Virus record (IMG/VR): IMGVR_UViG_3300009068_000028 | Span: 27,680 to 91,679 of that record | Reading direction: 5' to 3' (one strand) | Length of the DNA: 64,000 nucleotides | Origin: a virus | In this document: piece by piece, positions 32,471 through 43,256 of the stretch | Layout: each line of letters starts with the position of its first letter | Numbering within the stretch: the stretch's first letter is position 1 | The notes under the pieces: generated by a model | Seen by the model: the letters and a program-made list of their open reading frames with translations, nothing else | Database searches by the model: none | What the model was told of the DNA's origin: nothing | Translations under genes and position numbers: made by a program

Positions 32471-33598
32471 ATGCCATATAGCGTTGGAGAAAAAGGGTCT
32501 TACGGTTGCTCAGGTTACCCAGCCGTTAAAGACGACGGAACAGTAATGGGATGCCATAAGACAGCTGAAGAAGCTGCTAATCAAATTTATGCCATCAATG
32601 TCAGTGAGGGCAACATCGATCCAAAGTCTGGACATTCTGGAATGAGCGATGAAGAAGAACGTATGAAGCGTCGTGAAAGAATGTACAAAGCTGATATTAA
32701 AGAAGGCGACTACGTAATGGGAATGACTGTAGAAGGAATGGCTCACGGAAGAGTAGAACACATTATGCTAGAAGGTGGAACTCTTGGGGAGCCTGGAACA
32801 GCATACGCACTTGAGTCTATGCCACCAGAGAACCCAGCAATGTCCGTAAGAGTTTATGAAGAGGGTGAAGACGGAATGTGGGAAGCAACTGCCTATAGCA
32901 TTGGAATGATGTATCAAGATGCTACACGTCTTGACGATTTACAAGGACACCACATGGAAGACGAAGAAAATGATTATCAAATGGATATGATGGCTAAGGC
33001 TGAAACATATTCTCCAACAGAAGGAATGAAGTCTGCTGCTCGTCGTGCTCTTAAATGGAAAGCTGAAGGCAAGGCTACAGGTGCAGGAACTCCAGTCGGA
33101 TGGGGAAGAGCATCAGATATCGTAGCAGGAAGAGCTATGTCTCTTAGTGTAGTTAAGCGTATGTATTCTTTCTTCTCACGTCACGAAGTAGACAAGAAAG
33201 GCAAAGACTTTAATAACACTGCTAACCCTAGCAATGGTCGCATTATGTGGGATGCTTGGGGTGGAGATGCAGGATTTTCCTGGTCACGTGGCATTGCCGA
33301 GCGTATGAAGGATAAAGCTTTGTTTGCTAATTTTGGTAAAGACTATACAAAGTCTAAGCCAGTAGATCTATTTAAAGCAATTGGTGTTGGCTCTATGGTT
33401 AGTTGGAATTCTTCTGGCGGTAGAGCAACAGGTAAGATTACTAGAATTATTCGTAATGGATCTTACAATGTTCCAGGCACAGATGTTACAATCAATGGTA
33501 CTCCAGATAATCCTGCTGCAGTAATCACTCTATACCGTGACGGTAAGCCAACAGACACAATTGTTTCACACAGAATGAACACTCTTAGAGCCTCCTAG
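32471..33598 (+). CDS. Multidomain protein with Tudor/HVA1-like repeats (possible head-associated protein)
   Basis: Start re-called at the ATG after TGGTATAAT; C-terminal 'VGSMVSWNSSGGRATGKITRI' resembles HVA1/DUF2945. Confidence 0.55.
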   Translation: MPYSVGEKGSYGCSGYPAVKDDGTVMGCHKTAEEAANQIYAINVSEGNIDPKSGHSGMSDEEERMKRRERMYKADIKEGDYVMGMTVEGMAHGRVEHIMLEGGTLGEPGTAYALESMPPENPAMSVRVYEEGEDGMWEATAYSIGMMYQDATRLDDLQGHHMEDEENDYQMDMMAKAETYSPTEGMKSAARRALKWKAEGKATGAGTPVGWGRASDIVAGRAMSLSVVKRMYSFFSRHEVDKKGKDFNNTANPSNGRIMWDAWGGDAGFSWSRGIAERMKDKALFANFGKDYTKSKPVDLFKAIGVGSMVSWNSSGGRATGKITRIIRNGSYNVPGTDVTINGTPDNPAAVITLYRDGKPTDTIVSHRMNTLRAS

Positions 33599-33600
33599 AC

Positions 33601-33629
33601 TTGACAATCCTTGTCAGTTGCTGTAAAAT
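33601..33629 (+). promoter_or_regulatory. Sigma70-type promoter
   Basis: TTGACA-17-TAAAAT upstream of a 58-aa membrane ORF (33663-33839). Confidence 0.7.
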
Positions 33630-33856
33630 ATAAGTATAACAACTAACGCATTAGGAGAGACAATGCATACTGATGAATTGCTTGAGGTAATGTTTGGACT
33701 CGAACACGTTATTGCAGAAATGTTCTGGAATACTGTTTGGTTTGGCATTGCTTTTTTGCTTGGACAATTTATTGCATTCCGCAAGGTACACAAGTACATT
33801 GACGAGAAGCACGGAGTAACCCACGAGGAAGGCTATTGATGGGGTATAATTATCTT

Positions 33857-34537
33857 ATGGAACAAGAAGATGCAAACAGTTATCCTCGTGCATATTTTGG
33901 GAAAACTATTCCCATAGAAGAAAATACAAACGTAGTTGTTATTGGTGAAACACCAGTAGCACCACCAAAAGGAGAAGATAAAGTGGTAACAGTAAAACGT
34001 AAAAGAATTAGCCAACAGCAATCTGCATTAAAGAAAGCTGAAAGAGTTAAGAATGCATTGTATGCAAAGCAAGAAGCAAAACGTGCTCCAAAAGTACAGA
34101 TTGACCAAGGAATAGTTCTTTGGACCTGGATTATTGGTGTTGTAATTGCTTTCGGAACTTCGGCGGTAGTGTCCTTTAATGGAATCACTGCAGTAGCAGA
34201 GTATGTAGGACTAGCAGCACCCTGGATGGCAACATTATTCTTCTTCTTTGTTGAGTTGATGTATGTGCTATTCCTTATGGCTTACCTTGTTCTTAAATCT
34301 CGAATTGATGAACAGGGAAATCCTGAACGAACAGGTGGTGCATTCTGGGGCATGTTTATGTTTGGCTCTATTGCAGTTGCTGCTAATGGATTTCATACCC
34401 TTGACTTCTGGCAGTATGAGTGGACTAACCCACAAATGTGGGCAGGTATTGTTCTAAGTATTGCTGCTCCTATCGCTATTATTAGTGCCTCAAAGATGGC
34501 TTCTAGAGTAGTGTTTGCCAAGTCTATACAGCTCTAG
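33857..34537 (+). CDS. Four-TM membrane protein (DUF2637-like)
   Basis: Four hydrophobic helices, 'SFNGI', 'ANGFH'. Confidence 0.55.
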   Translation: MEQEDANSYPRAYFGKTIPIEENTNVVVIGETPVAPPKGEDKVVTVKRKRISQQQSALKKAERVKNALYAKQEAKRAPKVQIDQGIVLWTWIIGVVIAFGTSAVVSFNGITAVAEYVGLAAPWMATLFFFFVELMYVLFLMAYLVLKSRIDEQGNPERTGGAFWGMFMFGSIAVAANGFHTLDFWQYEWTNPQMWAGIVLSIAAPIAIISASKMASRVVFAKSIQL

Positions 34538-34544
34538 GTTAACT

Positions 34545-34618
34545 GGGGCAGTAGCATAACAGGTAAATGCAATACTCTTATAAGGTATCGATAATGGGTT
34601 CAAGCCCCATCTGCCCTA
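34545..34618 (+). tRNA. tRNA-Ile(TAT)
   Basis: Acceptor ggggcag/ctgccct, anticodon arm atact-ctTATaa-ggtat, T arm atggg-TTCAAGC-cccat. Confidence 0.8.
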
Positions 34619-34619
34619 C

Positions 34620-34691
34620 GCCCTTGTAGCTCAGAGGAAGAGCAGCAGGTTTCTACCCTGCGTGTCGCTGGTTCGATTCCAGTCAGGGGTT
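34620..34691 (+). tRNA. tRNA-Arg(TCT)
   Basis: Acceptor gcccttg/caggggt, anticodon arm gcagg-ttTCTac-cctgc, T arm gctgg-TTCGATT-ccagt. Confidence 0.88.
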
Positions 34692-35375
34692 CTCGTATTG
34701 CGAAGGATCTGGAAACATATCCTTTAAGATAAAATCAAGTATAAAGTCAAAGTTTGAGTCGTGACTAGATATGTAGTTTAGGTCTTCTTTAATGAGGTCG
34801 TGGAACTTACCCTTTAATTCTGTATTACTATATACTTTCACATCGTAAGTCTTTGTGCCACCTACATTATAAACATTTCCATATGTTGATCTATGCAGTG
34901 TTTTATGATTTAATACTTCAAGAAGCTTTGCCTTGTTCATAGGCATAGGAACATGTAGTTCGTAATCTAAAGTATTTGCAATACCCATTCTATTTAAATA
35001 GTTTTGTGTCTTGCTAAACAGTCTTTGATATCCATAATTGGTTTGTCCTGTGTCTGAATAAGATGCAAGAACTTCTTGGATTGTTCCAGAATAAAAGTAT
35101 TCAACCTTATCTAATTTTTTTACAGTAAAAAAGTCATCATTCATTAAAACAAAATCATCACTTATATCCTCTGTTGCACAGATAACATCTAATTGTTTCC
35201 AGACGTTAGGATGTCCTATACCAGTTTGTTGTACATAAATATAATCTCCTGTATACCAGTCTGGCTTGCCACCGACTACCCAGATACGACCTTCTGGTAA
35301 ATTTTTCACGGTAGATCTAATTGAGTATCTTAACTCTTCATTGTCTCCAGGACGGCAAACATAAACGTAATCCAT
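34683..35375 (-). CDS. Stealth-family-like sugar-phosphotransferase
   Basis: 'MDYVY', 'EELRYSIRS', 'LMNDDFF', 'ELHVP' resemble Stealth conserved regions. Confidence 0.6.
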   Translation of the reverse strand: MDYVYVCRPGDNEELRYSIRSTVKNLPEGRIWVVGGKPDWYTGDYIYVQQTGIGHPNVWKQLDVICATEDISDDFVLMNDDFFTVKKLDKVEYFYSGTIQEVLASYSDTGQTNYGYQRLFSKTQNYLNRMGIANTLDYELHVPMPMNKAKLLEVLNHKTLHRSTYGNVYNVGGTKTYDVKVYSNTELKGKFHDLIKEDLNYISSHDSNFDFILDFILKDMFPDPSQYENP

Positions 35376-35426
35376 TGTTAATCCAATCTTTATTTTATTA
35401 TATCATTAACTGGTATAATGGTTGTA

Positions 35427-35675
35427 ATGAGCGTGTCAGAACATCTGGCGGTCCTTAGAGCCTACAAAGAGGACAAGGGTTGCACTGACTGCGGTTATAA
35501 ATACCCTCATTTTATTCTTGAGTTTGACCACAAGCCAGGTTATCGTAAGCTTGATAACGTCTATAGAGTACTAAAGAAGTACGGAATAGAGATGGCTTGG
35601 AAAGAAATAAGAAAGTGTGAAGTTGTTTGTTCTAACTGCCACAAGATAAGAACAAACGATAGAGAAGAATCTTAA
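35427..35675 (+). CDS. HNH endonuclease-like protein
   Basis: 'CTDCG...EFDH...CSNCH'. Confidence 0.75.
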   Translation: MSVSEHLAVLRAYKEDKGCTDCGYKYPHFILEFDHKPGYRKLDNVYRVLKKYGIEMAWKEIRKCEVVCSNCHKIRTNDREES

Positions 35676-36075
35676 ACCTTTTTGTTAAGACGATCAATGA
35701 CCCATTTGATTATAGAAATACTGTCGTGATCTCCACGCTCAGTTTTTTCTTTAACAAGTAATCTAAGCTCATTCATAATACGTGAACGCTCTTCCAGTAC
35801 AGCTGCTTGATAAAGCTCAATAATATGATTTTCAATAATAGATATTTGTATCTGTGACTTTTTGTCAATGTGTAAGTTGCTCATCTTATAAGTATACACC
35901 AATCAACACAAGATAGGTGTTGGCGTGGTATGATAGAGCTATGACTTTTGAATATCCAATATACCCAGACCGCACCTATCGCATTGATGTAGATGGTGAA
36001 CAGCATTACATTACAGGCGACAACCTTATTGCCCTAGTACTTGACAAACTTAACGAGTCGTGAGATAATGGGGGT

Positions 36076-37729
36076 ATGAGAAAAATATTCATACCCACAC
36101 CTAGTAACCTTAAGCGTAGAGACGAGCTAATGATGAAGCGTGGTGCTCAAAGAATGAAGAGCCGCCTTGTAGACCTTGTAGAAAGCCGTATGGAAAACGG
36201 TATCTTTGAGGCTCAGGCTGCTTATGACCAGGGTCATCCAGACACTGGAGCGTACCTTAGTGGTGCTGTTGCTGCTTGTACTGCAATTATTGGTTCTATC
36301 AGAAAGAGTGAATTCTAATGACAAACTATAAGGAAATACCTATGAGTGAATTTGAAAATCGAGATCGTGAAATTGTTAATGCTGTCATTCACGAAGGAGA
36401 AATGCGACAGGGAGAAAAGGTTGTATCACTTCTTGAACGTAAGATTACAGAAGCATATGCTAACAACAACAAAGAGTTAGTCGGCTTCCTTGAAGATCTT
36501 ATCATAGAAATTGAGGGTATTTAATGGCTAAGACAATTGTACACTTTGGTTCCCCAGAAGGAACTACCTATGGAGAGGCTAAAAAGATTATCATTGTGAA
36601 GAAAACAGGTAGCTTGAATGATTAAACTTAAGCACTATGAAACAAAAGAAGTAGTAGAGGTAGACCCAGTTGGTATTGCCAATGGCTGGATGCTTTGCAT
36701 GGGTGGCTACACCTACGACATGAGATACTGGAGCCAGGTTTAGTGGATCGTAAAGAACGCAGGGATAATAAAAAAATGCTTGACATTGTTGTTCGTAAAG
36801 CAAAACAAGATATGGCAGAATGGATTTTAAAGATTGATCGTATGCCAAGTAAGTCAGAGATACTTGCATTTCAGGCAGGGTACATTTCTGGAATGAACCG
36901 TGGTGCTAACGATGAGAATTAATGATTCAGGTAAGTAGTCACTTAAGAAATATTTAGGAGAGAAACACAATGACAGAATTTATTGATGGATTTAAGAACG
37001 GCATATTGGCAGAGCGTGAAAGAGTTGTTGAGCTACTCACAAAACTGCGTGACTCTGAATACGCTGAGGTAATGACACACGACGATGTAATTAGCATTAT
37101 CATGGAAGACAAAAAATGATTAAGTTTGAACACAATATGCTTGTGCTTAACAATTTCTTTTCTGAAGAAGACGTTGACCAGATTGATGCCTACGCAGACT
37201 ATGTTCGTAAACAAGAGCGTGAACGAATTATTGCACTAATTCAATCTAGGGATGAATGGCATTATGAGTTCTCAGATGTCGCTGATGTTATTGCACTTAT
37301 TAAGGGAGAAAGTTAATGATTCAATTTATTGTAGGCTTGGTACTTGGCTTTATGGCAGGACTCACCATAGTTACTTGGTGGTTTGCAGACGCTGCTAAAG
37401 ACAAATAAAGTTCTCGGCGGAAAAATTCGGCGGCAAAGAGGACCCACGCTTGACAAACAAGCGAACATTTGATATAATAGATGTAACACAACAAAGGAGA
37501 TACATTGACAATTAAGAAAACATACGATGCATTCGATGCACGTGGATGGAAGACAAACGGAACACAGGATCGAATGATTACGCTTTATGTGCAAGGACAG
37601 CACGGAAACGTACAGCACGATCTCTCATTGTCTGAAGTTATCGAACTACAGGAACTCTTGGCACGAGCTGTTGCTCAGTCTGCCGAAGAACCTAAGAACC
37701 CTAGCTCGTGGGATGCGATGCCATTTTAA
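36076..37729 (+). CDS. Run of small hypothetical proteins (e.g. 36076-36318, 36318-36524, 37116-37316, 37505-37729)
   Basis: Short ORFs with RBS and sigma70 promoters at about 36041 and 37450. Confidence 0.5.
37450..37478 (+). promoter_or_regulatory. Consensus sigma70 promoter
   Basis: TTGACA-17-TATAAT. Confidence 0.85.
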
Positions 37730-37833
37730 TTCGGAGGTAGACGCAATAAGTGGGGGTGGGTAAAACTGCCCCCATTACCTCCGTTTAAAAAAGCTACTAT
37801 AGTGTTAGTAGCCAAACAAGAGAAAGAAGCACA

Positions 37834-38589
37834 ATGAATAAATACAAAATTGCTACATTAGTGGGAGTCGCATCTGTTGCACTTACCGCTACTACAGCAC
37901 TTGCATGGAGCCACGATCTTTCGATTCGTGCTCCTTATACACATGCTGCTGGTGCAGCAACTGCCACTATTGTTGGAGCAAAGCCCAACTGTGATGTGCA
38001 GTCTAAGTTGTTTGATGAAACAGCAACTGCTGATAACGAAGCAGTAGCTGCTCCTGACGACAAGGCTGTTAAGACTCGTGTTGCTAACGCAATTACGAAG
38101 TTCCCTGGAGTTGAAACCGCAAGGGTTTCGTTTACTCCTTCACTCGCTGGTTTCTACCAGATCGAGAGTGCCATCGTAGAAGTTGGTGTTAACTGCAAGA
38201 AGCTTATTGGTGATGTAACTGCAACCAAGGATATTCTTGTCGGAGACAATGTCTACATTGATACTTTTACATGGGATGAATCAGCAGAAGTACACGCTGG
38301 TCAGAACGACTATGATGTTCAGTTTGTTGGTGACGTTCGTACCAATGCTACATCAGACCGTCTTCGTGCAGGTGTAACTGTTCAGCTCTGGGTTCCTAAC
38401 CTTGCTGGAACCAAGATGGTTCTTGTTGACAGTGACACCACTGATGCTGATGGAGAGTTTGAAATCGAATACCGTTGGGATGCAGATCGTCACGGTACTG
38501 AAGACTTCCAACTTCGTGTAGCTCGTACTGCTAAGTTCTTCCAGGACTACAGCAGTGACGTTGCCGATGGTGAAGTAGACGTTCTCTAA
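37834..38589 (+). CDS. Secreted beta-rich protein
   Basis: Signal peptide ending 'ALA-WS'; flanked by hairpins. Confidence 0.65.
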   Translation: MNKYKIATLVGVASVALTATTALAWSHDLSIRAPYTHAAGAATATIVGAKPNCDVQSKLFDETATADNEAVAAPDDKAVKTRVANAITKFPGVETARVSFTPSLAGFYQIESAIVEVGVNCKKLIGDVTATKDILVGDNVYIDTFTWDESAEVHAGQNDYDVQFVGDVRTNATSDRLRAGVTVQLWVPNLAGTKMVLVDSDTTDADGEFEIEYRWDADRHGTEDFQLRVARTAKFFQDYSSDVADGEVDVL

Positions 38590-38651
38590 TTAGATAAATC
38601 AAAAAGTGGGGGGTAACGAAAGTTGCCCCTCATTTGCTATATAATAATACT

Positions 38652-39272
38652 ATGGAAACTTCCCTAGTTAAACTAATCCCATTGAAGAAGAAACATGCTT
38701 TGGATCTTTACTTCAATGTTAAGTCAAATGATAATGTGTTTCGTAATCTTTTATGGGACACACCACAGTCAGTTCTTGACTATGTTGCAATCGTAAAGCA
38801 ACTCAAAAAGCATACATCCTTTGCGGTAATAGATAAGGACACCAACGCTATTGTTGGCACAACATCCTACGTTGACTATTCTACAGAAGACCGATCAGCA
38901 GAAATTGGCGGTACATTCTATTCTGAATCCGTATGGAGAACTCACGTTAATACCCATACAAAGTATCTAATGCTACAGAATGCATTTGAGATACTAGGAT
39001 GCGAGAGAGTAATGTTCAAGACAGATGTTCTCAATGAGCAATCAAAGAAAGCAATCCTAAGACTTGGTGCTACCTACGAAGGAACCAAGCGTCATAACAA
39101 ACTCAGAACTGATGGGACCTGGAGAGACACAGCATACTTCTCTATACTTGGTGATGAGTGGGATGAGATCAAGTCTACAATTTTCGGGGGAATCAAAAGT
39201 GATAACGAATATCCCCTATATAACAACATACCTATAGTACCTATAGAAGTATATAGACCTATGTGGTTTTGA
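38652..39272 (+). CDS. RimJ/RimL-family GNAT acetyltransferase
   Basis: 'AEIGGTFY...W', 'LGCERV...TDVLNEQS..AI.RLGA..EG..R'. Confidence 0.88.
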   Translation: METSLVKLIPLKKKHALDLYFNVKSNDNVFRNLLWDTPQSVLDYVAIVKQLKKHTSFAVIDKDTNAIVGTTSYVDYSTEDRSAEIGGTFYSESVWRTHVNTHTKYLMLQNAFEILGCERVMFKTDVLNEQSKKAILRLGATYEGTKRHNKLRTDGTWRDTAYFSILGDEWDEIKSTIFGGIKSDNEYPLYNNIPIVPIEVYRPMWF

Positions 39273-39342
39273 GCCTATAGACCTGTTTGACATCAGAGGA
39301 TACAGCTCGATACAGCCCATTTTAGAGCTTCTCAGAGCATAG

Positions 39343-39957
39343 TTATGCACAGTTTTATCCACAAAGATCTTACTGATATGGATATTATCTGACTGAAAGA
39401 AGATGTTTGAAAAGTTGTTTGATGTACTGAACTATATATAGTATGGATCGTAATGTCCAAACACTATATCTTGTGTCCCCAAACACCCAAATCCAGCCTT
39501 GTACCACATCTACCCCCATTTGTCAACCCCTATATGTAGTATATTTATGCCCAAAAAACCCTATATATTGTGTATAAATATATCAAAACATCCTATTTTA
39601 TATCAAAAATATCCACAAATCTGGGAAAAATAATCAAGGGTTCGTAATGTCTTTGTTTATAGTTATATAGGGGGAAATGCTTATACTTAGCTGCCCCAAA
39701 TATCTATACCAAACCATCCTATTAGACATGTCCACATTTCGGGGGTATCAAATAGAAGATCGTAATACCTTTAGTATATATATTACCTATAGGAGAAACA
39801 CTGTATCGTCTGATACCCTCCAAACTTTCTGGGATTTTTTGAGATGCCTCGTAATGTCTGTAGAATTTGGGAAAAATGTTTAGGGGTTCGTAATACATGT
39901 TCGTAAAGGGATGTTTGTTAGTATGTTATGACATGGCTCGGGCAAAAGTTATCCACA
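39343..39957. promoter_or_regulatory. Non-coding control region with DnaA boxes, NrdR-like box pairs and iteron-like repeats
   Basis: TTATCCACA at 39355 and 39949; NrdR-like 16-mers at 39429, 39461, 39527, 39558; four GGG-N15/16-TCGTAAT units. Confidence 0.7.
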
Positions 39958-39958
39958 G

Positions 39959-39991
39959 AAAAATCCCCCACCTGTGAGTAGATGGGGGATT
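39959..39991 (-). terminator. Intrinsic terminator of the reverse-strand block
   Basis: aatccccca...tgggggatt hairpin with a T-tract on the minus strand. Confidence 0.65.
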
Positions 39992-40003
39992 AGACTATTA
40001 CTG

Positions 40004-43000
40004 TTAGACCGAAGACATCAAATCGTCTAAATGCTCGAAGCCTGTATCGTCAATGCCAAGACCAGCAAGCAATAAGTCGAATGTCTCGTTGATGAAATTA
40101 GTAGCAAGGTCAGTCGTGTCTACGATACCTTCGTTGATTGCGTAAGCAAGTGGCAAACCCAAATCGTTGTATTCGATAAAGTCTACAAACGCTGTGTCTG
40201 TTCGATAGTTGAGCCAAATGTCAGACAGAATAACTGTCTTGTTCTCAAAGGTAGTCGTAGTCATTGTGCTTGTTCTCTTTCTCATCTTTTAGTAAATCTG
40301 CCATTAGCAGAATACGGTTGATAGTTACATTGGGACTGATTTGGTGAATATACATTGCTACCGCTTCCAAATCCAGTCGTAGGTCTGAAACAAGATTGCC
40401 GATTGTTTTGGCAACTCGTTCATTGTCTGTTATTACTTTTCGCATTTCTCTCCTCAATCCATTATACCAAAAAAATGGTGGGAACGCAAGTCCGAAAGGA
40501 AATAAGAAACCTACGCCCCCACCAGTTTGTAGACGGAACCCCCATTCAACGTCTACCTATCTAGTACTACATTGTACTAGAATCTGATATAACTATAGAT
40601 GGGTCCTTACGAATGTGATCGATTTCGATACCCCTCAGAATTTTGGTAATGCGTCGTGTAGGACTCTGGAGCTGGTCTGCAAACACCCACCAGTCACTGC
40701 CGTATTCATCCATCGGAAACTGGTCTGCAATCCAGGCAGTCTCATAGAAGTCACACTCAATGAGCACACCTGTCTCATACTTGCGTGTACCGTTGTCGTC
40801 AGACTCATAGATGTATGGTTCGATAGTTAGTTTGTCAGACCACGTAGTGCCAGCCTCTTTACTCCAATCCTCACGGTAGAAGATGTTGAGGTCAATCGTT
40901 CTATAGCCTTGCATTAGTACCACTCCGTTCGATATCCAGTTCCAGCACAGTTGCCACACGTTTCATCTTCCTCGCCATTAGCAGAGGCACACTGCTCACA
41001 CTCTACATCTCGTGAGACAGGAACTTCATAGTCTTCGCCATCTGGGACAGGGATTGTACCAACATAGTAACCCAAACGATTGACAGCGTGGTAACCACTA
41101 CAGATACTAATATAGTCGTCTCCAGCCAAGTAAGTCCAAACAAGTCCGTCTGCATTGTGTCGTACATCTTCCCAATCCTGAATCATCTCATAGCCAAGAC
41201 CAAACTTCTCTTCGGCTTCTTCCATTGTTATAATCATTACTAATCCTTTCTTAGAAGTGGAAGTCCACAGGGACGAGGAACCAAAGAGTATCATTCTCGA
41301 TACGGTCTTTGTTCATATGAACAGGGTTAGTTGACCAGTTGGCAAGGTCGTAGAAGTAAGAGTTGAAATCCCAATCACCTTGAATCATACCAAGCATTCT
41401 GCCAATACCATAGAGTCGCATACTATAATCCATAGCACCGTCAAACTCGTCAAAGACACCGTCAAGATTGATGTTGCTACGATTCCATTCATCACGGTAG
41501 CGATTGAATTCCGACATTCGTGCTTCGACACAATCCTTCAGTATCAATTCGAATGCTTCACTATCTTTAGAAGAAACAATCATGTTGATTGCTCCGTCAG
41601 TGTAGGGGTCGTTGTCAGTGTTGAATCGTCCACCACCAGTTACAAACCAGTCGTACCAAGCACCACCACCATATTCGTCACCAAGAATGTCTTGGAGTCT
41701 TTCTCGAACTTGGTCAATTGCTTCTTCAGGGCTGTCTGCTTTTACTGCGATGTATTGTAGAACGTGCATGTGTTTCCTTTTCTTTAGGGGTAGTATCTAT
41801 TTTACAGCATGGAGCGGTATTTGTCAAGTATCACACTTCTCACAGTATACCCTTGACCACCGACACGAAATGATCCTCGCATAGATAGCCATAGTCCTCT
41901 ACGTCTCGTTTGGTAGCAGGTTCCTTACACCAAATCATTTCACACACATAGATATATGGTTGCATTATTCGTTATCCTGAATGTCAAAGTCCCACTGTGC
42001 GTGGTTCTTGTATGGTTCGAAGTCGTCTATAATCCATTCGTCCAATGCTTGATAGGCTGCATCTTCACTCTCTGCTTCAACAGGAACGAGGTACTCAATC
42101 TGCACGGTTGCTGTGATTAGATATTTACGCATACATCCTCTTATCGTTAGTTACGAATACATCTTCCGACCACGGCTTCTCGGTAATGAAATAGCCAAGA
42201 CGATTGAATTGGCGGTAGCCATTCCAAAGATTAGCATACCGTCCGTCACCATCTACCATAGTCCATACATAGCAAGGAAGAGTAGTGTCAGGGATATCCT
42301 CAAGTTCTAAAGCCAATGGGGTAGTTGGCAGATAGGTGTCTTCCCATTCGTCCCAAGTAATCATTACTTATCTCCAAAGTTATTGCTGTCATAAGGGTCA
42401 ATGAATGCTTCCCAGTCACCGTCAGGCATATCCTCGTGAACAAGAATTGCTTTCTCGATTGCTTCTTCTTCGCTGTTTGCTTGAATCCAGTAAGTCGCCT
42501 GGTATTCTACTTGATATACTTTCACATTACTCCTCGTCCATAAATTTGATAAACACTTCTACTAACTGTAATGCTATTATACCAGTGAGGTACGACATAG
42601 AACTCATACTCTTGAATTCCTGAATCTTATCTAGAATCTGTTGCTTGGCTTCTTCTCGTTCACTCATAGGGACACCTCACCGTATTGGTCATAGTTCTCG
42701 GCAAGGCTTTCGTCTTCCCAATCTGAATTGAGATGCCACTTGGTTGCTTCGTTATTGAAAAGATTGACAAGCATATTCTCAGCCTCGTCGTCAAAGTGAC
42801 CAGTATCCCAATCACTGAATCCAACTACAGCAAACTTGATTTGGGCAGGGTATTTGATATGGTCATAGATATAAACCATTACCTTAGTTGTCATCTTCGT
42901 CCTCCTCAATCTCTTCTACCTCAACCTCGTACACACCGTCATAGTTTAGATTGTCGTAGTGATAACCAATCTCCTCTGCCTTTGCCTGACTGTCTGCTTC

Positions 43001-43048
43001 AATCGTGCCAGTAAAGGTGACTAGGGTTTTTACATAATACTGAGCCAT
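40004..43048 (-). CDS. Cluster of about 11 small, mostly acidic hypothetical proteins (e.g. 40004-40264, 40245-40445, 40567-40914, 40914-41237, 41251-41769, 41965-42132, 42125-42364)
   Basis: Tightly packed minus-strand ORFs with aaagga/ggag RBS. Confidence 0.6.
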
Positions 43049-43256
43049 TGGGCTACCTTTCTTTTTGGGTTACCTCTATTATATCGTTGACCACCGACAT
43101 CAAACTGGGTAAATTCGGGAGAATTCGTAATGAGTTCGTAATGATTCGATAATTACTGTTTGTTTATTATGTCAGCAGCCCGAGCTGCCTGTGGATAAGT
43201 CTGTGGAGATCCCCCAAAGGGGGAGGCAGTTTATACTGTTGCCCAGCAGTTACGGA

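Noticed and set aside
34683-34691. tRNA-Arg 3' overlap with the Stealth-like gene as an integration scar
   Set aside because: No duplicated tRNA 3' fragment was found at the other side of the gene
39677-39883. 68-aa ORF in the control region
   Set aside because: Runs through the repeat motifs and shows no convincing protein features
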